The position numbers were made by a program, and so were the translations under genes. Below are positions 1 to 27,372 of a stretch of 64,000 nucleotides of DNA, in pieces. Source of the stretch: Macrostomum lignano (lineage: Eukaryota); the NCBI GenBank assembly GCA_002269645.1, contig NIVC01000019.1, forward strand, positions 248,001 through 312,000, read 5' to 3'. The number at the start of each line of letters is the position of its first letter. Within the stretch, counting starts at the first letter, position 1. The notes under the pieces are model-generated. The model searched no databases. It was not told the origin of the DNA and saw nothing but the letters and a program-made list of their open reading frames with translations.

Positions 1-350
1 TGGGCGTGACGCTGTTCGCCGTGCAGACCCGCATCGACTTCACGATGTGCTCCGGGCTGCTGTTCGGCCTCTGCCTTGTTGTGCTGCTGTTTGGCCTGGC
101 CTGCGGCATCACCTTCGCTGCCTACCGAGGCCAACCGGGCGACTACCTTAAACTGCGCATCCTGGACTGCGTCTACGGCGGCCTGGTGGCCCTGCTGCTC
201 ACTCTGTTTCTCATCTTCGACACGCAGAGAGTTATCGGCGGTCGTAAATACAACCTGTCCGAGGAGGAGTACGTTTTCGGAGCTCTGCAGCTGTACATGG
301 ATGTGGTGTTCATTTTCCTTATTATCCTCGGCCTGGGTGGGGACCGCTGA
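1..350 (+). CDS. 3' terminal coding exon of a Bax-inhibitor-1/lifeguard (TMBIM/LFG) family membrane protein, 5' partial
   Basis: Frame from position 3: FAVQTRIDFTMCSGLLF...FLIFDTQRVIGGRKYNLSEEEYVFGALQLYMDVVFIFLIIL, matching the LFG C-terminal signature (QTKxDFT, DTQxxxGG, SPEEYxFxALxLYxD). TGA at 348-350. Confidence 0.9.
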   Translation, partial: GVTLFAVQTRIDFTMCSGLLFGLCLVVLLFGLACGITFAAYRGQPGDYLKLRILDCVYGGLVALLLTLFLIFDTQRVIGGRKYNLSEEEYVFGALQLYMDVVFIFLIILGLGGDR

Positions 351-927
351 GCTATTGAGTTGGAGCTTTGCGGCTTAACTGAGACTGAGTAATTCAATTA
401 TTACTCTAAACAACTAATTATTTCTAAGGGAAATTCAAGACTTTTCAAAGCAGGCACCTCGAGACAGAGTGGTTAGCTGCCCTATGGAATTAGGATTTAT
501 TGCTTAACTTTGCTGAGCTGCAACTGTGGAGCCATCTAGCGGAGGTCAAGGGTTCAGTTGCCTTCCAAAGGGCAGGTATCTTTTCCAGGATATTGCTTGA
601 GAGTTTTCGACAAAGCTTCGAGATTTATTAGAACTTGTTGGTCGTTTCTTTTCATAAAATCAGGGGGTTTCTAGGAATGGATTGAACTTTTTTGCAGATA
701 GGAATGGCCTTGCTTGATTATCTTGACTATGAGCTTGACTATTAAAGTTTTCAAAAAGAAGACCGTCTACTATTTTTTGAGTAGTTTGTCTGCGCATTAT
801 CACTTAAATTTAATGTGGCAGCTAAACTTTCCGTTCCTTTCTTGGGGTTTGCGGCCTCAGGAGTATATATGGGGTTAAGAATAAACAACAAGCATTTAAC
901 TCAATTGTACACAAGTGAACGCAAGAC

Positions 928-1527
928 GGACGAAATTCAGTCTGGGGGGACAGGCCCAATCTGGCTCAGCCAATGAGAGAGCAGTAAGGAGAGAGGTCAA
1001 AGTCAGATGGACGAAACTAAGTCTGGGGGGCAGGCCCAGTCTGGATCAGCCAATGAGAGAGCAGTAAGGAGAGAGGTCAAAGTCAGATGGTCGAAACCAA
1101 AGAGTACTGAGGCCGCCTGGTATAGAGTGCCAATAAAGATGAAAATCTGAAGCCGATTTTTGGAATCCACCCGCCCCCTCCGGTCACCGGGCTTTTTGGT
1201 CTATGGCACAAGTTGTGTATCGACGACGGCAACTGAGTCTGGTGACTGAGCGATGTTGTCTTGCTTATTTGATGCATGCATTTTCTAAGTGTGAAATGTC
1301 TTATATTTCTGAGCATCTGCTTTGTACATCATTCTAGCCACAACTTGTGCCATAGACTGGGGGGCTTGGTGACCGGAGGGGGTGGGTGGATTCTAAAAAT
1401 CGGCCTCAGATTTTCATTCTTATTGGCACTCTATACTGGGCGACCTCAATACTCTTTGGTCGAAACTCAGTCTGGGGCGCAGGCCCAATCTGGCTCAGCC
1501 AATAGGAGAGCAGTAAGGAGGGCAGAG
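928..1527. repeat. ~81-bp tandem repeat (3 units), third unit split by a MITE
   Basis: Units start at 928, 1009 and 1089 (ggacgaaa..agtctggggg..caggccca.tctgg.tcagccaat...). The third unit resumes at 1459. Each unit has a CCAAT box. Confidence 0.85.
1098..1458. mobile_element. hAT-like MITE (361 bp)
   Basis: TIRs caaagagtactgagg / cctcaatactctttg extend as an imperfect ~120-bp inverted repeat. Exact 8-bp TSD gtcgaaac at 1090-1097 and 1459-1466. No transposase ORF. Confidence 0.85.
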
Positions 1528-3056
1528 GAAAGCCAAGCTGTTTTTCGACCTGGCTGGGGGCTCGGGCGCCGCCCCTTTTCTCTCTTGCTCGCTATGCACT
1601 GGATTTGTGGTTTTTATTTTCCTGCAATTTTCAGACTTCAATTGATTTTTTATTACATAAGTGAAGTATCTGATAATTATTCTAATATCTGTGATTGTCT
1701 CTAAGACATGGTTAGTTTCCTAAACTTGACTCATTCTTTTAAGATTAATTTGTTGTTTCCGTGATTTCCTCAGTTGGATCTTCTAGAAATCAGTTAGATG
1801 GTTCTTATAAATGCTGATATGTTTCCATGAATCTGGTATAGCGGATTATCTAAGAATTTTCTATCCTTGTTTAAACATTCGGATATACTTAAAAAGTGCG
1901 ATTTTAAAATCATATATTAATTTGTGTTGTGACCTGTGAATCAATTGTCGGATGTTTCAATGTTGATTATTGTAGAATTTTTATATTTATTAACTAATTA
2001 TATCTGTTATCCGTTATCCCCCAACCTGCCAGCACACCAAGGTATAATTAATACATTAACTGTTACATAAAAGCCATGTTTTTTACAATTTACAAACCTG
2101 TTATATAAATCAGATGCTTTCGCCTATATAGTTAAACATTCCCCTTTGCTATGCACATTTTGCATGGTCATCAAAGTCATGAATATTGCAATCTGCTCAG
2201 AAATTTATAAAAAAATTTTGTGTCAACCTATTTTTCTACTAAAAAACAGTTTTCGTTTTAAAAATAAAAACTTGTTAACCGGATAATTTTTTATAAATGT
2301 AGTATTATTAAAATTCATATTGATTCATTTTAAGAAGTATCTCTCGGCTGTTGGTAATAATTTAAATGCGCGCATTTTGTTGTCGTTGTGTATCGGCTTT
2401 ATCCAGTGAACCTTTGACCCCCTACTGCCAGTAGTATGTGTCCAATCGCGTGCAGCACGGCTCCATCGTATTATCCAGGCCAGCCGTTTTGGCTCTATTT
2501 TAATAATTATTTTATTGCTTTGTTTGCACCAGCTAGTAATCTTGACCGTTAATCTTTTAACCCCTGTCATTGTTTAATAGTTGAAAAAGACAATAAAGGA
2601 AAAATATTTGCTTTTGTGCTTCTTTAATATCGTTACACCGTCATTTAAGTAGTTTCTATGCTACTTTTACTAGTACGATTAAGTAAATAGTATAAAGACA
2701 CAAACTTTGAGTCAGCATACAAGTCTCTATTGTTTTATCAGTCAGTTAGCCAACTTACAATAGTTACTTAAAAATATTAGTTTATAATTGAGCTATCCCA
2801 GAGATGTGATGGCGCAGTTAGTTGTTGATATTTGCAATGAACTATTAATCGGCCGATAATTAGTGGACCACTGAATTCGCGATAAAATTGGTAAATAGCC
2901 AATCAGATATAAATGCAAGATAAGGAGAATATTTTATTAGTTCTTTATTTGGTATTGACGAAGCTACTTATTAAAGTAGGCAAGCATCGAATATTTCTTT
3001 CTAAATTTGTTTATCAACTTAAAAAATCTTTATGCTAAAACGATTATATATTGATA

Positions 3057-6486
<3,430 letters not shown>

Positions 6487-6643
6487 TGTCATGGGAGATT
6501 GTGAGGCTAGTCTCAGGTGAGGGTTGGTTTAGAGTTTGATAGTCTTGGTGCCTAGATAATGCAGAGATAGGAATGCCTCCTTATCTATGCCCAGAGTTAA
6601 GAATATCTAGATGCTTATCTTATGTAGAGATAGTTATGAGAAC

Positions 6644-6887
6644 CAAGGACTACTCAAGTAGAAGGACGGGAAAATACGTTTCTTAGAAAATGTTTATGAG
6701 GCTGGTTTTCGCGGAAAAACACTACGGAGATAAAAAAATTTTATTCCTTTTTATGGGAGGGCAGACCCAATGTTCATATTTTGGTATGTTGTGCTCTATT
6801 GGTATTCATAAAGCTTTTTGTTTAGAAAATCAGGATTCTTATAATTAGGAAACTTAGTTTCCCGTCCCTTCACTTGAGTAGTCCTTG
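6644..6887. mobile_element. hAT-like MITE (244 bp)
   Basis: TIR caaggactactcaagt / acttgagtagtccttg (16/16, extends imperfectly to ~30 bp). Flanks atgagaac / ctgagaac give a 7/8 TSD. Confidence 0.75.
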
Positions 6888-7619
6888 CTGAGAACTCCGT
6901 ATCCGAATGGATGGCATCTTTTCAGAAGACAGTTAATTTGATTATTTTTATTTCAAACTTCAAGTTTCTACGCAATTGACTTAATTTGTCCTTCCTGTTC
7001 CTGGCTTGCTGAAAGCAAGATTGGCTTGCTCACGAATAAAAAAGCAATGTTCGGGCATGCGCCGTGCATGCTACTCATGTGCAACTAGTATTCAAGATGT
7101 GGTTGCCTTTTTATTTAAATTTCTTTAATTTCCTTTAATTTATTCTCTAGATCAATCCAGGCTGCTAAAAATGAATACGCTACTTCCAGTAGACTAGGAG
7201 TTTTTTAATACCTGTTCTGTGGTGGCAGCAAAGTTTATTTTCAAAATTTTTCTTAGCAACTTTTTCTGCATTGTCAAGCCGTTGAAAATTTGGCGATGAA
7301 ATTACTCTCGTAACTATATTCAACCGATTTCTGCCTTCAGTTGCACTCCAGTGTCAAATTGACTTGAAATTTTGTTTGTTGAATTACTCTTTTTATTTCT
7401 TAAAATACAATTTTGGCGTCTCCGTTAGTAAAAAAATTAAAATTCTAAGTCAGCAAAATCGTAATTGACTTCAGAACTCTCTTGATTGCAAGAACATACA
7501 GATCGCTTGTTCTGTATTTTTCTGTTGATTTTTAAGCTTAGTTTATATTTACTACATGAGTTCTTCCCGCGACTCATATCCTATACTCGAAGCAGGTTTT
7601 ATTTAATCCAATATCGTAA

Positions 7620-8450
7620 TTTTACACCCGGGTTCTAAGCCATCTTTTTACATCCTGTTTCTTTTTCATGCTTTTACATCCGGGTTCTATGTCATCTGAT
7701 GATTTTACATCCGGGTTTTAGGTAATCTTTTTACATCCGGTTTCTTTTTTATGCTTTTACATCCGGGTTCTATGTCATCTCATGATTTTACATCGGGTTT
7801 TAAGTCATCTTTTTACATACGGTTTCTTTTTTATGCTTTTACATCCGGGTTTTGAGTCATCTGATACTTCTAAAGTCATTTTATGCTCTTGCATCCGGGT
7901 TCTATGCCATGCTTTTACGTCCCGGTTCTAAGTCATTCTTTTACATCCGGGTTCTATGCCATGTTTTTACGTCCCGGTTCTAAGTCATTCTTTTACATCC
8001 GGGTTCTATGCCATGCTTTTACGTCCCGGTTCTAAGTCATTCTTTTACATCCGGGTTCTATGCCATGCTTTTACGTCCCGGTTCTAAGTCATTCTTTTAC
8101 ATCCGGGTTCTATGCCATGCTTTTACGTCCCGGTTCTAAGTCATTCTTTTACATCCGGGTTCTATGCCATGCTTTTACGTCCCGGTTCTAAGTCATTCTT
8201 TTACATCCGGGTTCTATGCCATGCTTTTACGTCCCGGTTCTAAGTCATTCTTTTACATCCGGGTTCTATGCCATGCTTTTACGTCCCGGTTCTAAGTCAT
8301 TCTTTTACATCCGGGTTCTATGCCATGCTTTTACGTCCCGGTTCTAAGTCATTCTTTTACATCCGGGTTCTATGCCATGTTTTTACATCCGGTTTCTTTT
8401 TCATGCTCCTTCATCCGGGTTCTATGTCATCTCATGCTTTTACATCAGCA
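7620..8450. repeat. 52-bp minisatellite (dimer of ~26-bp monomers)
   Basis: Unit catccgggttctatgccatgcttttacgtcccggttctaagtcattctttta. Confidence 0.92.
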
Positions 8451-8563
8451 TTCTGTATTTTATCTACTAATCATTAATAATTATTTTTCACAACTCGTCA
8501 ACTTTCAGTAGTAGTTTCGCATCCTCAGAAGCCGCCTGTTTCGCCGCAAACCTATTATTAATA

Positions 8564-9460
8564 ATGGGATCGCGGCCCGCCGCCCAGGTAGGCCACAGCC
8601 GGAAGGTGTATATACAGCGGGACTACAGCCAAGGCCTTGGACTGCGCTACTCTACCGCCATGCCGCCTCAGCTGCAGGACCGCATGCCCGAGGACCTATT
8701 CGAGGCGGCCATTGTTAATATCAACCAGATCCTTGCCGGCGCCGAGAATGGCTCTGTTGGAGTCTACGCGGAGAGCTGCTTCGCCTGTCTGACTGGCTAC
8801 CTTATATACATGTGCATGGACACGCACTATGAGAGGGTGAGTAAGCACAGTCGGAGGGGTCTGGCATATACCCAGACTTTCCTGTCCGACTGAGTGTACA
8901 TTAGGGTAGTGCTAGTGTACATATAGCCAAATCTTTCTCTGCTTTAAGTGTATCCTCTGGCCACTAGGCCTAGTCCGATCTTCCACTCAGACTGAATGTA
9001 TATTTGACCCAGCCAACCCCAGCTCCAATTCCTATCCGATTGAATGTACATTTGACCCAGCCAACCCCAGCTCCAATTCCTATCCGATTGAATGTACATT
9101 TGACCCAGCCAACCCCAGCTCCAATTCCTATCCGATTGAATGTACATTTGACCCAGCCAACCCCAGCTCCAATTCCTATCCGATTGAATGTACATTTGAC
9201 CCAGCCAACCCCAGCTCCAATTCCTATCCGATTGAATGTACATTTGACCCAGCCAACCCCAGCTCCAATTCCTAACTAACTGGAGCTATAAAAACTGGCA
9301 TCCAAATCTGATCGCGTTGAAACTCTGCTTCCAGAGCCTGAAGGAGGTGCGCAAGCTGATCGAGGAGTACAACCGGACGGTGTTCATGCCCCGCAGGCTG
9401 ATGATGATTGACCCCAGCGAGCGGGGCCTTCGCGTTATTGAAGTTGTGCTACTGAGTTAG
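8564..9460 (+). CDS. GOLGA7: Golgin A7 / GCP16 / Erf4 family (DHHC9 cofactor), 2 exons
   Basis: Exons 8564-8836 and 9335-9460. KVYIQRDYSQG...ESCFACLTGYLIYMCMDTHYER|SLKEVRKLIEEYN...MIDPSERGLRVIEV closely follows GOLGA7 (KVFIQRDYS, EGCLACLTAY, TDPIERGLRVIEI). Confidence 0.92.
8990..9274. repeat. 48-bp minisatellite, GOLGA7 intron
   Basis: Unit tttgacccagccaaccccagctccaattcctatccgattgaatgtaca. Confidence 0.95.
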
Positions 9461-9919
9461 CGATCTAGTCTAGTCTGGCCTATTATCTACGAGCGTACTG
9501 TCGTTTTGTTTTTTCAACTCTAGCAGAGATGCGTTTGCTTAAGGCAGGGGCCACAGTTATTAAAGGCAGGTGCTTATGGCAGTTATTGCAGTGCAATTTT
9601 ACTACAGCACAGTACTAATTAAATCATGTATAGCTTTACTTGCGTCAAATCTTAATTTAAACTCACACACACGCAGCTTTTACTACTATTATGAGTAGCT
9701 ACTTGGTATATTTTACGCAATATCTTGTCAGTCTACAAATAAACTTTTTGATTGCAGCAGCAGTTATGACATCGCGCTTGGTCTCGCACGAGTGGAGCAT
9801 TTCATTTTTGCTTGTCATCTTGTATTGCAATTAGCTAGCGCTCTGACTGTGTTAATTTTTTATTTTATCTTTGCCAAACGAATTAGTATCTTGCAATGTA
9901 TCTCCCAACCCATTACCCA

Positions 9920-11048
9920 ACCATGTACTGTCTATGGCACCTCCCCACCCATCACTTCACCATGCACTGTCTATGGCACCTCCCCACCCATCACCCCACC
10001 ATGCACTGTCTATGGCACCTCCCCACCCATCACCCCACCATGCACTGTCTATGGCACCTCCCCACCCATCACCCCACCATGCACTGTCTATGGCACCTCC
10101 CCATCATGCACTGTCTATGGCACCTTCCCACCATGTACTGTCTATGACACCTCCCCACCATGCACTGTCTATGGCACCTTCCCACCATGTACTGTCTATG
10201 ACACCTCCCCACCATGCACTGTCTATGGCACCTCCCCACCATGCACTGTCTATGGCATCTCCCCACCATGCACTGTCTATGGCATCTCCCCACCATGCAC
10301 TGCCTATGGCATCTCCCCACCATGCACTGTCTATGACACCTTCCCACCAAGCACTGTCTATGACACCTCCCCACCATGCACTGTCTATGGCACCTTCCCA
10401 CCATGTACTGTCTATGACACCTCCCCACCATGCACTGTCTATGGCACCTCCCCACCATGCACTGTCTATGGCATCTCCCCACCATGTACTGTCTATGGCA
10501 TCTCCCCACCATGTACTGTCTATGGCATCTCCCCACCATGCACTGTCTATGGCATCTCCCCACCATGTACTGTCTATGGCATCTCCCCACCATGCACTGT
10601 CTATGGCACCTCCCCACCATGCACTGTCTATGGCACCTCCCCACCATGCACTGTCTATGGCATCTCCCCACCATGCACTGCCTATGGCATCTCCCCACCA
10701 TGCACTGTCTATGGCACCTCCCCACCATGCACTGTCTATGGCATCTCCCCAACATGCACTGTCTATGGCATCTCCCCACCATGCACTGTCTATGGCATCT
10801 CCCCACCATGCACTGTCTATGGCATCTCCCCAACATGCACTGTCTATGACACCTCCCCACCATGCACTGTCTATGGCACCTCCCCACCATGCACTGTCTA
10901 TGGCACCTCCCCACCATGCACTGTCTATGACACCTCCCCACCATGCACTGTCTATGACACCTCCCCACCATGCACTGTCTATGGCATCTCCCCACCATGC
11001 ACTGTCTATGGCACCTCCCCACCATGCACTGTCTATGACACCTCTCCA
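9920..11048. repeat. 27-bp minisatellite (~40 copies), intergenic
   Basis: Unit ccccaccatgcactgtctatggca(c/t)ct. The first few units are 39 bp. Confidence 0.95.
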
Positions 11049-11273
11049 CTCTGCTTAACCGATCCGCAGTTAACAGCAGCTTCAAAATGCAGAATACCTG
11101 ACCAATTCGAGTAGTAATTTAAAATTCTTTTCCACCTTTCAGTTTCCGCCTCACCAAGGCCAGTTCGCCAACGCTTGAGCCGCTCAACTGAGTAATCCGA
11201 TTCCCCTAGCGGAATCGATTGCTGGACTGCATTTTTGTGCAGGCAACAAACCAACTAATTTGTAATCCCTACA

Positions 11274-23624
<12,351 letters not shown>

Positions 23625-23784
23625 GTTCACCTTGAATCGCCCATCGGCAATAAAAAACTCTATTATTGACTATGAGTATTTTCTCAGTTTTTAAAACGCT
23701 GAAGTGTTTCTTTCAAGTTATTAAGTCAGTTTGTTAACTGGCACAGTCTGCTAACTTGAAAGTTTCTGAGAGTAGAGCATTGAT

Positions 23785-24802
23785 TGTCGCCCCAAGAATC
23801 GCCCCTAAACTAACCCCAAAAATCGCCCCTAAACTACCCCCAAGAATCGCCCATAAACTACCCCCAAGAATCGCCCATAAAGTACCCCCAAGAATCCCCC
23901 CTAAACTACCCCGAGAATCGCCTCTAAACTACCCTCAAAAATCGCCCCTAAACTAACCCCAAAAATCGCCCCTAAACTACCCCCAAGAATCGCCCCTAAA
24001 CTACCCCCAAGAATCGCCCCTAAACTACCCCCAAGAATCGCCCCTAAACTACCCCGAGAATCGCCCCTAAACTACCCCCGAGAATCGCCCCTAAACTACC
24101 CCCAAGAATCGCCCCTAAACTACCCCCAAAAATCGCCCCTAAACTACCCCCAAGAATCGCCTCTAAACTACCCCCAAGAATCGCCCCTAAACTACCCCCA
24201 AGAATCGCCCCTAAACTACCCCCAAGAATCGCCTCTAAACTACCCCCAAGAATCGCCCCTAAACTAACCCCAAAAATCGCCCCTAAACTACCCCCAAGAA
24301 TCGCCCATAAACTACCCCCAAGAATCGCCCATAAAGTACCCCCAAGAATCCCCCCTAAACTACCCCGAGAATCGCCTCTAAACTACCCTCAAAAATCGCC
24401 CCTAAACTAACCCCAAAAATCGCCCCTAAACTACCCCCAAGAATCGCCCCTAAACTACCCCCAAGAATCGCCCCTAAACTACCCCCCAAGAATCGCCCCT
24501 AAACTACCCCGAGAATCGCCCCTAAACTACCCCCGAGAATCGCCCCTAAACTACCCCCAAGAATCGCCCCTAAACTACCCCCAAAAATCGCCCCTAAACT
24601 ACCCCCAAGAATCGCCTCTAAACTACCCCCAAGAATCGCCCCTAAACGACCCCCAAGAATCGCCCCTAAACGACCCCCAAGAATCGCCTCTAAACTACCC
24701 CCAAGAATCGCCCCTAAACTACCCCCAAAAATCGCCCCTAAACTACCCCCAAGAATCGCCTCTAAACTACCCCCAAAAATCGCCCCTAAACTACCCCGAG
24801 AA
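23785..24802. repeat. 24-bp C-rich minisatellite with an internal block duplication
   Basis: Unit aatcgcccctaaactacccccaag. The same series of variant units recurs from ~23797 and ~24251. Confidence 0.93.
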
Positions 24803-25234
24803 TTGTCCTCAAACTTGATCTGTAGTTTGCAGTTCCGTTACAAGCTACTGACAGTAATGAATTTTATCCTGCTGGCTCGAAGCTTCGTGCTTACATGTAA
24901 TTCCTCACTCAGAATATTGACATTAAATCTGCTTCAATGTCAAGCATAAAGTACATTCTCGCATGGAATTTTGGGTGCTTTCTAACATTATTTCTGTTTC
25001 ATAATTTTGTCACATTATTATTTAATCTCTTGTCTTTATCTTTCATTGACTTATTAACGTCTGCGTTGACCTGCATGTCTGTGTTAAAAGAATAAATAGA
25101 ATGAAAAATCAAGAAAAATTCTTTTCGTTGTAAATCTTCTTGGTTTGGCAAATCTAACAAATCTGGTTGTTGTTTGCGACTTGACTTCAATGTTTAGTGC
25201 AGACATGCGGATGCGGCCTGCTGACAATAGGCAG

Positions 25235-26030
25235 GGCGCAGACCAGTCCATTAGGACACAATCAAAGAGCAGACCAGTAGGACACAGACCAGTCCAACAG
25301 GACACAGACCAGTCCAACAGGACACAGACCAGTCCAACAGGACACAGATCAGTCCAACAGGACACAGATCAGTCCATTAGGACACAATCAAAGAGCAGAC
25401 CAGTAGGACACAGACCAGTCCAACAGGACACAGACCAGTCCAACAGGACACAGACCAGTCCAACAGGACACAGACCAGTCCAACAGGACACAGACCAGTC
25501 CAACAGGACACAGACCAATCCAACAGGACACAGATCAGTCCAACAGGACACAGACCAGTCCATTAGGACACAATCAAAGAGCAGACCAGTAGGACACAGA
25601 CCAGTCCAACAGGACACAGACCAGTCCAACAGGACACAGACCAGTCCAACAGGACACAGACCAGTCCAACAGGACACAGACCAGTCCAACAGGACACAGA
25701 CCAATCCAACAGGACACAGATCAGTCCAACAGGACACAGACCAGTCCAACAGGACACAGACCAGTCCATTAGGACACAATCAAAGAGCAGACCAGTAGGA
25801 CACTGACCAGTCCAACAGGACACAGACCAGTCCAACAGGACACAGACCAGTCCAACAGGACACAGACCAGTCCATTAGGACACAATCAAAGAGCAGACCA
25901 GTAGGACACTGACCAGTCCAACAGGACACAGACCAGTCCAACAGGACACAGACCAGTCCAACAGGACACAGACCAGTCCATTAGGACACAATCAAAGAGC
26001 AGACCAGTAGGACACTGACCAGTCCAACAC
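25235..26030. repeat. 20-bp minisatellite with a periodic longer variant
   Basis: Unit gaccagtccaacaggacaca, interrupted every few units by ...cattaggacacaatcaaagagcagaccagtaggacac. Confidence 0.93.
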
Positions 26031-26229
26031 ATGTACGCGTGTTACAAAACCCGGCCAATATAATAAAACTGAAAGACCAGTGGCAAAATCTGTAAATAGA
26101 AACACTCTCTGTGTTGTTGAACTTCTATTAGTATAACCACTGCTTTATTGTGTTTTATGATAATTTACAAAGCAGAATGATGTAAAATTAAAAAAATTAA
26201 GTACATGCTAGAAACTAATTAACAAAAGC

Positions 26230-27340
26230 AGCGGGAGGCCTAATGACCCTCTCGGACGGAATCCCGTCCACGCTCTGCCCTCGGCTCAAATTCAAAACCA
26301 GCATTCCACCACGTCATGAAGCAAGGGACAACTGGAAATCCCGTGAAATCCACTGCTTCACTGACGGGTCCCAAATCAACTCCGCCTCTGGCTACGGCTA
26401 CTGCATCGTGTCTGGAGGGAGAACTGTGGCGACCTTCTCCCAGCACACCGGCACCTGCTCCACCGTCTTCCAGAACGAAGTTCTCGCCATCAGCTCCTGT
26501 GCCACGGAGATGTACAATCTGCAGCGCATCTGGGGGAAGGAAATTATCCTCCACTCGGACAGTCAAGTGGCGATCCACGCCCTTGAGTGCACCACCACCT
26601 GCTCGCGTACAGTCCTCGACTGCATCGGGCAGCTCAACCGCTTAGGCGCCTACAACAAGGTGTCCCTAAGGTGGATCGCCGGGAACTCGGGCCACCCCGG
26701 CAACGAGTTGGCCGGTCCCCTGCCCGTAGCCCCACCCCACCGCCGTTGTCAATACTCGGATCAACCAGTGGGTGGCTTCAATGCACAGGGAAAGGTGAGT
26801 TAATGCCCCGACTGCCGGCAATCCCGCGCGGCGTCCCCTGTCCTTCCTCAGCCTTGCACAGGCCCTGCTTGGACTCAACCGCAGGGACATCAGGGCGGTG
26901 ACCATGGCTCTCTCGTGTCATGGCTGTTTTTCCAGCCATCGTTACCGTCAGGGACAAATCTGTAGTGAGGAATGCCCCTTCTGTCTCTCCGGTGTCGAGA
27001 ATGCGGAGCACTTCATCTGTGAATGCCCCGCCTTTACTCAGGACAGGCTCACCCATCTCGGTTCAAAAACCGGGACCTCTTCAGGCCCTTCAGACGTTTT
27101 CAGGCCCGAGAATCTCTGCCAGCTCGTCCGCTACCTAAGGGCTACCGGGCGAGCGACCATCCACGTCCTGGACTCTCCGGAGGGGGGCCGCGTTGCGGAC
27201 ACCGGCACCACCGGAACTCCCTGCGCGACACCGCAGCACCAGCTGCCCATGGTCGCCAGGGGTTAGCAAATTGGGCGGCAACGCCTCGCTGCATCCTGAT
27301 GCACGGAGTCCCCTGCAGCTGACTCAAGTAAGTCAATAGT
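26230..27340 (+). mobile_element. 5'-truncated, frameshifted non-LTR retrotransposon (RNase H + C-terminal CCHC; I/R1/LOA-type architecture)
   Basis: RNase H motifs CFTDGS, TVFQNEVLAI, LHSDSQVAI, LRWIAGNSGHPGNELA, after which the frame is lost. CPFC..ENAEHFICECPAF follows in another frame (26898-27266). No RT present. Confidence 0.85.
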
Positions 27341-27372
27341 AAATTGAGATAAGCCAAATTGAAGTTCAATAT

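Noticed and set aside
8990-9274. CRISPR-like regular repeats here and at 5927-6102
   Set aside because: Units are directly adjacent with no unique spacers, there are no cas genes, and the context is eukaryotic.
9792-11114. 440-aa and overlapping ORFs (CTVYGTSPP repeats)
   Set aside because: They are translations of a 27-bp array that is open in several frames and on both strands, with no non-repeat coding context.
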